From the NCBI RefSeq assembly GCF_009834535.1, contig NC_045696.1, positions 25,298,001 to 25,362,000 on the forward strand: a DNA stretch of 64,000 nt, read 5' to 3'. The notes beneath the pieces were generated by a model. The model was not told the DNA's origin, ran no database searches, and worked only from the letters and a program-made list of their open reading frames with translations. Both the position numbers and the translations under genes were made by a program. Source of the stretch: Camelus ferus (lineage: Eukaryota). Positions 1 to 11,252 of this stretch are shown here, in pieces (positions within the stretch are counted from its first letter, which is position 1; each line of letters starts with the position of its first letter).

Positions 1-350
1 CACCTCTTCTTTATTCAGTCATCTGTTGATGGACATCTAGGCTGCTTTCATGTCTTGGCTATTGTAAATAGTGCTGCTATGAACATTAGGGTGCAGGTGT
101 CATTTTGAAGTAGGGTTCCTTCTGGATATATGCCCCGGAGCAGGATTCCTGGGTCATACGATAAGTCTATTCCTAGTCTTTTGAGAAATCTCCATACTGT
201 TTTCCACAGTGGCTTTCCTTGCTACCCTCTCCCACTCTTAATGATTTAGATGTCTTCTTTTACAATTTTATTTTTTTTGTAATTCATGGCAGTTATCTCC
301 TTTCCAGTTATAAGTTTCCTCATTTTTGTAGCATCCTGCTTCTTTACTAT

Positions 351-1251
351 TTAGAGTAGACCTGTCAATATTTCTTTTAGCATGGGTTTAGCGTTGCTAA
401 ACTCTTTTAGTTTTTGCTTGTCTGTGAAGTTCTTTATCTCTCCTTCTATTCTAAAGGATAGCCTTGCTGGATAGAGTATCCTAGGCTGCATCTTTTATTC
501 ATTCAGGACTTTGAATATATCTTGCCACTCCCTTCTGGCCTGTAGTGTTTGTGTAGAGAAATCAGCTGAGAGCCTTATGGGGGTTCCCTTGTAACTCACT
601 CTTTGTTTTTGTCTTGCTGCCTTTAGGATCATTTCTTTATCCTTGACTCTGGCCATCTTGATTATGATATGTCTTGGTGTGGGTCTGTTTGGGTTCTTCC
701 TGTTTGGGACCTTCTGAGCCTCCTGTACTTGGATATCTGATTCTTTCTTTAGGTTTGGGAAGTTTTCAGTCATGATTTCTTCAAATACCTTTTCAATCCC
801 CTTTGTTCTTTCGTCCCCTTCTGGAACCCCTATTATGTGTAGATTGGCATGCTTTATATTATCCCATAAGTCCCTTGTATTGTTTTCATTGTTTTTTATT
901 TGTTTTTCTCTCAGCTGTTCTGATCAGGTGCTTTCTGTTGTCCTGTCTTCTAGGTCACTTATTCGTTCCTCTGCATTATCTAGCCTGCTTTGTACAGCTT
1001 TTGGGTCATCTCTCATCTCAGCAAATGAGTACTAATTTTACTTGGTTCTTCTTTGTAGCTTCTATTTCATTTTTGACATATTTTATATCTCTAAACACTA
1101 TTTCTTTTAGTTCCTTCAGTACTTTGATCAGTCCTTTTTTGAAATCTTGATCTAGTAGGCCATCAATGTCTACTTCCTTGATCGTGCTTTCAGGGGATTT
1201 CTTTTGATCCTTTAATTGGGGGTGGTTCCTCTGCTTCTTCATATTGCTCAT
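351..1251 (-). pseudogene. Disabled L1 ORF1p (RNA-binding/chaperone protein)
   Basis: ORF-track pieces 1018..1284 (MSNMKKQRNH...) and 495..773 (ENFPNL...PRHIIIKM...ILKAAR...GTPIRLSADFS...ARREW) continue past a TAA at 495-497 into PRILYPARLSF...LKEF, ending at a stop at 351-353. There is a frameshift near 1030 and another in-frame stop near 922. Confidence 0.92.
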
Positions 1252-2581
1252 ATCTCTCTGGCACTGTGGCTTAAGGAGTATCATTCATCTAGTTCTCCTG
1301 GAGACAGTGTGCTCTTAATGATTTTGTCAAGAGGTCTTTGTGTCTTCGCCCTGTTTCGCGAACTCAGCTTGCTGTTTTCAGAGGCCCTCTGTTGGTGCCC
1401 TCGTCTGTGCTGCTCCCAGTGGCTGTTAGCTAGTAGGTCATGCCCCCTCCTAACACTGGGTCAGGAGCTGAGCTCTTATCTGGTGGGCGGGTGGGTCATC
1501 CCCCTCCCAATGCCCTAGTCACATGCTGCGCTGTGGGGAGGCAGGTGGGTGGATCGTGCCCTCTCCCAGCACCATGGTCAGGTGCTGTGTTCATGCCAGG
1601 AAGGCAGTTGGCCGCCCGCCCTCTCCCGGCGCTGGTTGCTCTGCTGCTCTGTGCAGCTGCCCACTCCACCTTCGGGTGGACACTCAGAAGGCGGGCTCAG
1701 GGAAGACTGCAGAATGACCCCGCCCCTGCTCCGTGCCAAATCTCAGCTCCTTGTTTGTCTTGGCGGCGCAAGTTCTCTGAGGTGCCAGGGCAGAAAGATC
1801 CTATCTGCCTCAGGCTGTAAACAAGTCTCAGTCCTGCCTAGGAGGTTGCAGAGCCCCTGGGTGTGGATTCAGGTCTTGGCCCCTCCCCCATCAGGGCACT
1901 GGGCACAGGAGGAGATGGCGGCTGTGGCTGAGCCCTGCCTCTCTTCTTCCGAGATGCACTAATAATGGCAGCACAGGTCTGAGGAGAAAAAGACTACGGC
2001 ACCCCTCCCCCCATGGCACACCAGCCATTTTGCTTTTCTTTTTTCACAATTTATGGGGGACCAAGGTTGTTCTGTTCCATATCCCCTCCCAGCGATGGCA
2101 CGCAGCACCCCACAATCCCTTGGGGCTGCCTCAGCACAGCTGCCCCCATCCTCTGCCCGGCTTGGGCGGCCTGTCCCGGCCCCAGCTGCCGGCTTGCATC
2201 TCGGGCTGGGTGTCGCGGACACCCTTTGTGCCCGTTTAACTCAGTTCTGTTGGTCAAGGGGTGCTCGGGGCAGATCTGAGCCTCAGAGGCTCCCCTTCTG
2301 TCCCGCTGGCCTCTCCGTTGGCGGGGGGGCGGGGGGAACCCAGCGAACGAGCGCCTGTCCTTCTTTGCCACTCCCTCCCTGTGGGATCGGTCCTGCACTG
2401 TTTTGCTTTTTCTTCTTTCTTTTTTTCCTTTTCTCCTACCAGATTTTTGGCGTCTTTGTCTTTCGAAGAGGGCAGTGTTCTGTTGGAGTTTGGCAGGTGC
2501 TCTAGTTGGCTGAGTAGGTCCATAGATGTGAGTTTTGCTGTATTTGTGAGAGAGGGTGAGCTACAAGCATCCTTCTACTCA

Positions 2582-2590
2582 GCCATCTTG
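2582..2590 (-). promoter_or_regulatory. YY1-type site at the L1 5' end
   Basis: CAAGATGGC on the minus strand about 20 nt from the element start, the position of the YY1 site in mammalian L1 promoters. Confidence 0.7.
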
Positions 2591-2789
2591 CTTCCTTGCC
2601 CCTCCCCCCAAAAAAAATTCTCTATGACTTTACCTCTAAGGACTCACTGAGGAAGTTAATGTATATACCATTATATTCAATTCTGTGGGTGTAAGTGTGT
2701 GTGTGATTCGTTTGTCTTCAATAAACTGAGGGGAAAGGGAAAATACAGTTTAAAAGCTCTTATCCAAGACATTAAAAGTTGAATGACTG

Positions 2790-2881
2790 TATTTGCAACT
2801 GAATTTGCCACTTAGGGTGCCTTTAATTACTGATGTGACTTTGACTAAATTATCTAACCTTCCTAAGCCTGTTACCTCATT
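2790..2881 (+). mobile_element. MIR fragment
   Basis: tgtgactttgactaaattatctaaccttcctaagcctgttacctcat resembles the MIR core. Confidence 0.55.
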
Positions 2882-2917
2882 AAAAAAAAAAAAAGAAGAA
2901 GAAGAAGAAGAAAGAAG
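2882..2917. repeat. poly(A) + (GAA)n microsatellite
   Basis: A run followed by gaagaagaagaagaag. Confidence 0.9.
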
Positions 2918-3123
2918 TGTTGAGTTTCTACAATAATCACACTTCTTCAGCTTAAAAAATAGTACTTTTCAAAACAGAATCAAGGTAAGGAATGCTAGTA
3001 GAATGCTGGACTCTGAAGGTCTTTCTAGCAATAGCCTGCCCTTACTGACCTTGAACCCAACTCTATGCATCAATTCTCAAGAAAAACACAGTCAGACAGC
3101 CACTCATAAAATGCATTTGTATT

Positions 3124-3580
3124 CGTAGTAAGCTGAAAAACGTTCCCCTAGAAGATCCATCTTAAATCCCTGGCATCCATCAATGCAAACTTATTTGGAA
3201 AAAGAGTCTTAGCAGATATAACTAAGTTAAAGATCTGGAGACGGGATCAACTTGGATTATCTGGGTTGGCCCTGAATTCAATGACAAGTGTTCTTATGAG
3301 AGACAGACTGAAAAGAACAGACACACAGAGGACAAAAGAACTTGGTGATGGAGGCAGAGATTAGAGAGCTATGACCATAAACCAAGGAGGCCCAGAAATG
3401 TGGACAGTGCTCAGAAGCTGAAGAGGGCAAGGAAGGACTTTCCCTACAGGCTCCAGGCAGAGGATGGTCATGCCCTGCTGGCCCCAAGATTCCAGACTTC
3501 TCACCTCAAGAATTGTGAGAGAATGTTTCTTTTGTTTTAAACCACCATATTGTGGTCATTTGTTACAGCAGCCAATATAC
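3124..3580 (+). mobile_element. MaLR solo LTR (MLT1B/MLT1C-like)
   Basis: ttatttggaaaaagagtctt...ggattatctgggttggccct...gaagagggcaaggaagga...cagacttct...gaattgtgagagaat...ttgttacagcagcc. Confidence 0.85.
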
Positions 3581-4159
3581 GATTTCTATGACTTCCCTTC
3601 CTCTATTAGCACAGATTAGAATTCTGTGTATCCTCAGAGGACCTGTTCCAGTAGCATTTTCTTAGTTAAAATCTTTTGGTTCTTCCTACCCCTAGCAAGA
3701 AGGATTAATCTTGCCTCCCTCTTTCTCCTACAGCATTTTATTCAAATGTTTGTTAAAACACTTCTAGTCTCCCACAATTTTATCTTTCTATCCTGCCTCA
3801 GTACCTCTCCAATTACTGGAATAGAGTCAACATTGTATAAATATGTCCTGCATAACTATGGGACTGTGGCGCATTAGTGCTGGATGAGGGCCATTCTTTG
3901 AGGAATTACATGCAGTGCCAGTGCCTAACCTCCGGAACATTTGACTGCTTTCTTGGAAATCACTTTACATATTTAGTGGCTTAAAAATAGGTAGGTGGAT
4001 GACTTAGTGGACTAGGAGTTACAAGCAGAGGGAAGATTAAAAAGCAACTTTAAAACTACAGTCACATCAGTATCTCATTAATTAACTATATGTCTCTAAA
4101 GACATAACTGCCACATTATCTTTATTTATTTACATCATACCTGGTTTATTTTAAAAAAG

Positions 4160-4565
4160 GGTCTGGGCTACATATTGTATGATTCTAACTACATGACATT
4201 CTGGAAAAGGTGAAACTGGGGACAATAAAAAGATTGTTGCCAGGGATTGGAGGTGGAGCACAGATGATGTTCAGGGCAGTGAAGATAATCTGTATGTTTA
4301 TATTATTATAGAGATTATCTTAACAGATTAAAGTTTGTCCAGACTTTTAGAGTGTACAATACCAAGTGTGTCCCATGACCTGTGGACTTTAAGTGATAAT
4401 GATGTGTCAGTGTGGGTTCATGGTTACGGTAAATGTACCCCTCTGGTGGGGCTGTTGATAATGGGGAGGCTGTGCGTGTGTGGGGCAGGAGGTATGTCAG
4501 AAATATCTGTAACTTCCTCTCAAATAGGCTGTGAACCTAAAACTACTTTAAAAAAAAGTCTTTAG
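4160..4565 (+). mobile_element. L1MC1/2-like 3' end
   Basis: ggctacatattgtatgattctaactacatgacattctggaaaagg...gataatgatgtgtcagtgt...gataatggggaggctgtgc...ctgtgaacctaaaactactttaaaaaa. Confidence 0.85.
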
Positions 4566-5589
4566 TAATAATAAAAAGTGGGAGGATGTGAGGAGATGTG
4601 AAACATTAAGGAGTATGTCTTCTGTTGAAGAATTTGAGTCCCCAGAATGAGCGGTGTATCTCCTTGAACCTCCAGTCAATTCACGGAGGCAATTGTCTAA
4701 TATAAGGAATATATGGGATAGTAGACAGAATGGTCTTAGGTGAAACCAAACTTTCATATTTTCTAATGGCACAGAGAAAATGCAGACAACTCTTCTGTTA
4801 CAGATGAGGAAGTTAAAGCTGCAAACAGGCACGTAATTTCTAAGAGCAAGTCATTGTCTCTCTAAAAGTGGATTTCATCATCTCTAAAGGGAGGGGTTAA
4901 TGTACCAAGCTGGGGAGGCTGCCCACCCTAAATCCCCTTTTAAAAAATGCCTCCTGTGGCCATGCCATGCTTTCCCTAGAACATCCCATCTCCCTGATGA
5001 CCTCTAAGTAAACCAGGCCAGAGGTGCTATGGGACCACCCAGATGTTCATTTTTATCATGTGGAAATTCCTCATTGTATAATTATGCCATAGCAGAGGTC
5101 CACATGCCGAGACTATACCCATGTGTCAAGGTATGTCACTTGTGGCATATTTGCTTAAATATCACTTTTTAAAATCTCTTTTTAAAATGGTGCCTAATTG
5201 TCTTTTTCCAAGGAGAAAAATAATGTTTATAACTTCAGCTTTAGGAATTGCACTTAGCAAAAAAAAAAAAAAAAGATCCAAGTAATTTAGAAAAAAGAAA
5301 GCTTATTTCTTACCTTTCAAAAAGATCCCACTTGAGACAAACATTTAAAACTATATTTAATTCCCAAAGGAACCTTGTGATAAAAAAAATAAGCAAATGA
5401 AGGAGTGTGCTTAGAAGAGAAATCATGTTTCAAGCTAGTGCTCTAGTTTCTTTCTGAATGCTGCAACATAGATTTTTTTTTTTAAAAGGAAAACAGCCAT
5501 AAAAGAAGAACAGATACAAGGGGCAGAGAGAGCCACATAGATTGTCTGACTTTATTCCCACAGAGAGGATGTGATTTAAGATGTTCCTA

Positions 5590-5830
5590 AAGTACTGACC
5601 CCAGATGGAGGCCGTAAGAGCCTAGAGTTAATGCTCCCTGGAAAAGTCCTCACTAAGCCCAGTCCTGAAACATAGGAATAAAAACCCTGGGATATACAGG
5701 CTTCTCTAAGATATGCCACCATGGAGGAACTATAAGTGTGGGTTACTTCCTATCACTCTGAACAATACTCTGTTCAAAGACCTGTTCCAGGTTTTTTGTA
5801 GGAGCCACAAAGATGAGTTAGACTGGATTG
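5590..5830 (+). mobile_element. Degraded ERVL LTR (LTR16-like)
   Basis: Weak resemblance only (taatgctccctggaaaagtcctc...aataaaaaccctgg...aatactctgttcaaagacctgttcc). Confidence 0.3.
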
Positions 5831-6194
5831 TGCAAGGGTAGAGGAGGCAGTAAAGTAATGGGGGGGAGGGGAAAATAGAAAGGGAGAGAAGTCGATGTAG
5901 ATCAGAGCAGGGCATATAGAATGAGTCTGAATCAAGTATAAGGCAAGGAACTTGAGGGTTCAAACTAAGAGATTGGAGGTAGGGGTGAGGTCTCTAAATT
6001 GTGTCTCTAGGGACCTTATTCTGAGCCCCATTCTGAAATCAGGATGAGGGAGAGTATTTGAAAAGTTTCCTACAGTAAGTGTCATGGCTTCAGGTGGTAT
6101 CATTTGGATGGATTCAACCCCTTGGCAATACTTCAACAATCTGAAGTTAAAGAATGCACAGAATGGGAGAAATCTAATATTCTTAGAGTACACA

Positions 6195-6352
6195 CTCTCT
6201 GTCAGACACTTTTAATCTGTGATCTCTCTTAACTTCAAAACAACCCTCTAGGATATATATTGTTATCTTGATTTTAAAGATGAGGAATATGAGACACAGA
6301 ATGATTAAAAAGTTAATCAGGGACTCACTGCTGGTATATAGTAGAGCCAGGA
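6195..6352 (-). mobile_element. MIR
   Basis: aacaaccctctagg...ttttaaagatgaggaatatgagacacagaatgattaa...actgctggtatatagtagagccagga. Confidence 0.75.
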
Positions 6353-6584
6353 ATGCATATTCGTTTTATCTCTATCATGCAAATTCCCAAAGAGAGAGGC
6401 AGTATCACGTTTTGTTACTGTTGTTTAAATTAGGTTTATGGCTAGATTGATGTGTTCAAGGCAGCTCTCGTTTCGCTATCATTATTCAGTGTCCATTTGA
6501 ACATCCCTCTGCCTGGAGCATCCCAGAGCCTCAGATCTGAAGGTGGCATTGTCCTTTAATCAATGTCCCAAAGTGCTTACACTT

Positions 6585-7556
6585 TATTCATTTGCTTAAC
6601 AAATATTTACTGTGCTCCTTTTGCATACTAATTAAATATTCAATGTATATTAATGACAAAAACTAACAAAAATTCCTGCTCTTAAGGAGCTTACATTCTG
6701 TTTAGGGGGAGATGGGAAAGAAATACAAAAACACAGTAAAGAAGTAATGTAAGCAGCATGCTGAAATTAATGTTATGGGAAAATGAAAAAAAAAAAAAAT
6801 CCAAGCAGCATAAGGGAGATCTCCAGGGCTAGGAGTGAGGATGGGGATCATGCTTCAAAGGTGGTTGGCATAAGTGGCATTGAGAAGGCAAAATCTGAGC
6901 AAAAGCCTGAAGCAAATGAGGAATCTAATGAAGCTGAAGTTAGTATAAGGGACTATTAGATCAAACACTCTAAGGCAAACACATCTTTGAGTCTTGTACT
7001 GTTAAGGAAGCCAGGATAGCTGATGCAGACTGAGTAAAGAGGAGAAGAGGAAGAGATGAGGTCAAACCAGATGGGGAAAGAGCAGATAAAGAAATTCAAG
7101 GTCATTGCTTGAGCTTTGGGTTTTACTCTGTGTTAAATGGGGAGATGATGCAGATTTTTGAGAAAAGTTGTAATATGACCTAAGTTATTAGAAGATCCTT
7201 CTGTATATACTGTGTTGACAAAATATGTAAGAAGAAGGTGTGGTAGGGTTGAAGTAGGAAGACCTGTTAGTTGACTCTTGGGATAAAAGGTGAGAGATGT
7301 TAGTAGCTCAGAGAAGGTGAGAGTAGTGAAAAGACTGGGGATTGATTAAATTCTAGGTATTTTATAGACACTGATTTAACAAATTTGAGATGGCTTTTAT
7401 ATTGGATTTGAGAATTACTCCAGGTTTCTTTGCCTGAACAAATGGGAGAATGAAGTTGCCATTAAGTAAAAGGGAAAGTCTGCAAAAACATGATTGAGTG
7501 GAAAGACCAAGAATTGTTTTTTTAACAGGTTCAGTGTGAGATACTTGTTAGACTTC
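6585..7556 (-). mobile_element. L2 (3' part), continues at about 8120-8200 after an MLT insertion
   Basis: ttattcatttgcttaacaaatatttact tail, cctgctcttaaggagcttacattct, gagatgaggtca, gggttttactctg, aatgaagttgccatt. Confidence 0.8.
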
Positions 7557-8119
7557 TGTATTAGTTGTCTATTGATACATGACAAATTGCCACTAACTTA
7601 GCAGCTTAAAAATAGGACCTAGTTATTAACTCACATTTCTCTAGGTCAGAAGTCCAGATGTGTTCTCTGCTTATAGCTTCAAATCTCAAAATCAAGGACC
7701 TATCCAAACTGACGTCTTATCTCTAGGTTCTGAGAAAGAATCTATTTCCAGGTTCATTCCAGTTGTTGACAAAACTCAGTTCCTTGTGGTTGTCGGATTG
7801 AGGTCTCTATATCCTTGCTGGCTATTATGAAAGGGGTCACTCTCTGGTCATTGTTCATGGCCCCTCCATCTTCATCACAGTAATGATCCATCAAATTCTT
7901 CTCTTGACTCAAATCTCTCTGGCTTCACCATGTGTCTTCTTCTGCTGAAAGCTTGAGAAATCTCTCTGCTTTTAAAGATCTTGTAATTTGATTTGTTTCA
8001 CTCAGATAATCTTTCTTTTTATCATACAAGAACATAATCAAAGGAGTAACATTGGAAGCAGAAGAGGATAAAAGGGTGAAGGTCATGGGAATGATCCTAA
8101 AATTCTCACTACCATTACA
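7557..8119 (-). mobile_element. MaLR solo LTR (MLT1E-like) nested in L2
   Basis: tgtattagttgtctattg...aacttagcagcttaaa...tctaggtcagaagtcca...ttcattccagttgttgacaaaactcagttccttgtggttgt...ggcccctccatcttca. Confidence 0.8.
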
Positions 8120-9864
8120 TCCAAGTGTAGATGTTGAATAAATAGATATATGAGTTTGGAGTTTGGGGATAAGCTGTCAGCTAGATTTGAAAGTTGGTGT
8201 TTACAGTTTTGATTTGGATCTTCCCTACATGCTCCTTAAGCAGTTGGGAGTGAGTTGCTAAATGACTCAGCCAAGGGCACAAATGGAGTTACTGATACAA
8301 GGTCAGACATTTATATTACCTAAAAATTACCTTAAAAAAAATTTCAGTGACTCACTTCAGTGGATCTGATGGGAATGCCATGCCTGCAGTGATACAGACT
8401 TTACTGCCTAGGATGTTTGGTTGCTATTATTTATAAGAAATCCTCAACCTCAAAAGCAGGCTGTAGCTGCTCCTTAAGGTGTTCATTTGTTCAATCCTAA
8501 ATCGTCCCACTGTTCCCACCAACTTTCAATAGATCTGTGTCAAAAAAAAATTACGTTCAGTATCTTTTATTCCAAGAAAATGGTTATCAGATCGAGTGCT
8601 AAAAGTCAGCCTCCTCAGGGGCAGAAAGCAGGCTGCTCAGTGAGAGATATATTGAGCAGGTCTTCTGGATGGAATAGTAAGTAGTTAGGAAGAAAGCACT
8701 AGGACTTACATCACTCATCATCTGGTGAATTAATTAACCTGAGGCTTGACTAATGGGAAGCTATTTTGCTGCTAAGGGTGATTAATTAACAAATTCTCCC
8801 ACTTAGGAATTAGTGCTTATATATGCACATATGCATATATATGTATATTAATACATCAGTGTGTGTATATAATTGTACTATTAAGCATAATTATTTAAAT
8901 ATTATTTTCAGATTGTTTTAGAATAGTTTAAGTGGTTTAAAGTAAAAGCAAAAAAATAAAATAAAATAAAGGCCTCTTCCTGGAAATTTCAGAGGCTAGT
9001 GAATTGTCCCCGTGGTGATGTTACACTGACATCTAACAGAAAAGGAAATAGATCCAGGTGACGATTTTCTTGTCAAAATCGTTAGGCTTAATGCTAGAGG
9101 ACACAGGACAAATGAACTGTGGAAGCAGCTGTGAGACACACTTTTGCTGCATGCTGTGCTCTCCATGTCAGCAATGGGAATGAGGAGGGTGGGGATGGGG
9201 AGGGGACGGGTATCGTCAGCAGCTGCCAGATCATTTCTGTTATGTCTCGTTCAACTTGAATTAGGAAGAAAGAAGAAATGAAGGATGTCTTGTGCTTTAG
9301 GATGAATGAATATTGTTGAATCAGATGTTAAGATTGACTTAAACCTAACAGCACCCAGAAATCCAAAGGAAGGGATTACTTAGATGATAATGAATCTAAA
9401 ATTTGTGTTCATGAAACACAGATTATTTGGCCCAAAGGTCACTGTGGGGGTTATACTCAAGGGGCGAAAGCAGCTTTTTCTTAATATTCAGAGAATTGTC
9501 TTGAATGAGGAAAGAAAAATTTGAGAGGCATTAAGTTGAAGGGTAGTGTTAGAACGAATGATTGGAAGTTGAGAGCATCTAAAACATTTGAGATCCATGC
9601 AAGAATGGTCTTTCAGGAAAAAAAAAAAATCAAAAGCTAAGACACCACTAGTGAGAAATGTCTGCACTTTGTTCTTTATAAAATATATGGTTTTTCAGCC
9701 TGATCTGACTCTGAAATTCTATGGTTCTAGTTTTATTATAGACTTGATCTCATTACATGTGATATTTCAAGCCTCTAAAGTAATAAGGGTCACTGTGTTA
9801 GCAGATACAAGTTACTAGTAATTTTTTTTTCTGAGGATCTATCATCTATCATGATATCTCACGT

Positions 9865-10215
9865 TAGAGGCCCACATCAGAGAAAAGCAATAGTTTTTCC
9901 CCAAAACCTATTCTCTGATTTTCTTAAAGGAATGGAACCCCAAGTTTTAGCTGGTAACATGGCTACCCAGAGTAGAGACTTCCCTTTACAGCTTCCTGTA
10001 TGGCTAGCTTAAACTAAAATATGATCAATATAAGGTTAGCAAAAGTGACACGTGACAATTTTACTAAAATCTTTCTGTGAGACACTTGCTTCCACCTCTG
10101 TCAATTTCCCTACACCCTCATCTTGTCCTCCTTCCTCTGACTTGATATCTGCTGATGGAGAGAACTTCTTGAACCCTGAATTTTCTTGAACATGGAGACC
10201 ATCCCTATTGAAGAA
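9865..10215 (+). mobile_element. ERVL LTR (LTR33-like), 5' part; 3' part at about 11260-11405
   Basis: ggaaccccaagttttagctggtaacatggctacccagagtagagact...agcaaaagtga; resumes after the L1 stack with ccagactttttcatgagagaaaaataaa. Confidence 0.65.
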
Positions 10216-10250
10216 ACAAAATAGGGGAGTAAATTTTAAGTGTTCTAGCC

Positions 10251-10272
10251 ACACACACACACACACACACAC
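10251..10272. repeat. (CA)n microsatellite
   Basis: Direct observation. Confidence 0.95.
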
Positions 10273-10299
10273 GAATTGTTTTGTTTTGTTTTTTAAATT

Positions 10300-10500
10300 T
10301 TTTAAAAATTTATTTTTTATTGAGGTTATGTTATATGAATTCCATGAGGACATTATATTCCCTACAAAAATTTAGTGTCCCCCTGTTCCTATATAGTTGA
10401 TACCCTTTACCCATTTTGCCCCTTTCCCCTCTGGGAACGACGACTCTATTCTCTGTATCTACATGTTTATTTTGGTTTGTTGTTTTTGTTTTTTTTTTTT
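10300..10500 (-). mobile_element. L1 3' end fragment (older Laurasiatherian-type)
   Basis: ttttttattgaggttatgtt...gataccctttacccattttgcccc...cccctctggga...ctattctctgtatctacatgttt. Confidence 0.7.
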
Positions 10501-10527
10501 CACCTGATACAGAAAATTTTTCCATTA

Positions 10528-11124
10528 GTTTATTTTTTTCTTTTTCTTTTTTTTGAATTTTTTTTATTGAGTTATAGTCATTTTACAATGTTGTGTCAAA
10601 TTCCAGTGTAGAACACAATTTTTCAGTTGTACATGAACATACATATATTCATTGTCAAATTTTTTTTTGCTGTGAGCTACCATAAGATCTTGTATATATT
10701 TCCCTGTGCTATACAGTATAATCTTGTTTATTTATTCTACATTTTGAAATCCCAGTCTGTCCCTTCCCTCCCTCCACCTCCTTGGCAACCACAAGTTTGT
10801 ATTCTATGTCTATGAGTCTGTTTCTGTTTTGTATTTATGGGTTTTTTGTTGTTTTTTTTTTAGATTCCACATATGAGCGATCTCATATGGTATTTTTCTT
10901 TCTCTTTCTGGCTTACTTCACTTAGAATGACATTCTGCAGGAACATCCATCTTGCTGCAAATGGCATTATGTTGTTGGTTTTTGTGGATGAATAGTATTC
11001 CATTGTATAAATATACCACATCTTCTTTATCCAGTCATCTGTTGATGGACATTTAGGCTGTTTCCATTGTAATAGTGCTGCTATGAACATTGGGGTGCAG
11101 GGGTCATTTTGAAGTTGGGTTCCT
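10528..11124 (-). mobile_element. Young 5'-truncated L1 (same family as 1-2609): ORF2 C-terminus + 3'UTR + poly(A)
   Basis: ORF 10860..11090 (MFIAAL...WKQPKCPSTDDWIKKMWYIYTMEYYS...ILSEVSQKEKEKYHM.SLICGI). Bases 11017-11124 closely match window bases 1-120. Confidence 0.95.
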
Positions 11125-11127
11125 AAT

Positions 11128-11252
11128 TAGGTTGTTCATAGTGAGTATTTTACACTGGATACATATATCAAGTCATCAAGTTTTACACTTTAAAAATATA
11201 CAATTTTAATTGTCAACTCTACCTCAATGGAGTTTGAGGGAAAAAAAAAGAA
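11128..11252 (+). mobile_element. L1MA/L1MB-like 3' end (its 5' part is at about 10220-10250)
   Basis: atacatatatcaagtcatcaagttttacactttaaaaatatacaattttaattgtcaactctacctcaat followed by an A tail; upstream half gagtaaattttaagtgttctagccac. Confidence 0.7.

Larger units (their letters stand above)
1..2609 (-). mobile_element. Young LINE-1 (camelid-type): complete 5'UTR + ORF1 + partial inter-ORF fused to the ORF2 C-terminus; 3' end runs off the window start
   Basis: Minus strand begins GGGGAGGGGCAAGGAAGCAAGATGGC at about 2609, followed by a ~1.35 kb GC-rich 5'UTR and ORF1 homology at 1251-351. Bases 214-1 translate to PLWKTVWRFLKRLGIDLSYDPGILLRGIYPEGTLLQNDTCTLMFIAALFTIAK, typical of the L1 ORF2 C-terminus. 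Confidence 0.95.

Noticed and set aside
772..2650. Cluster of 60-150 aa ORFs on both strands
   Set aside because: They are antisense or alternative frames of L1 ORF1 and the GC-rich 5'UTR, with no recognisable protein.
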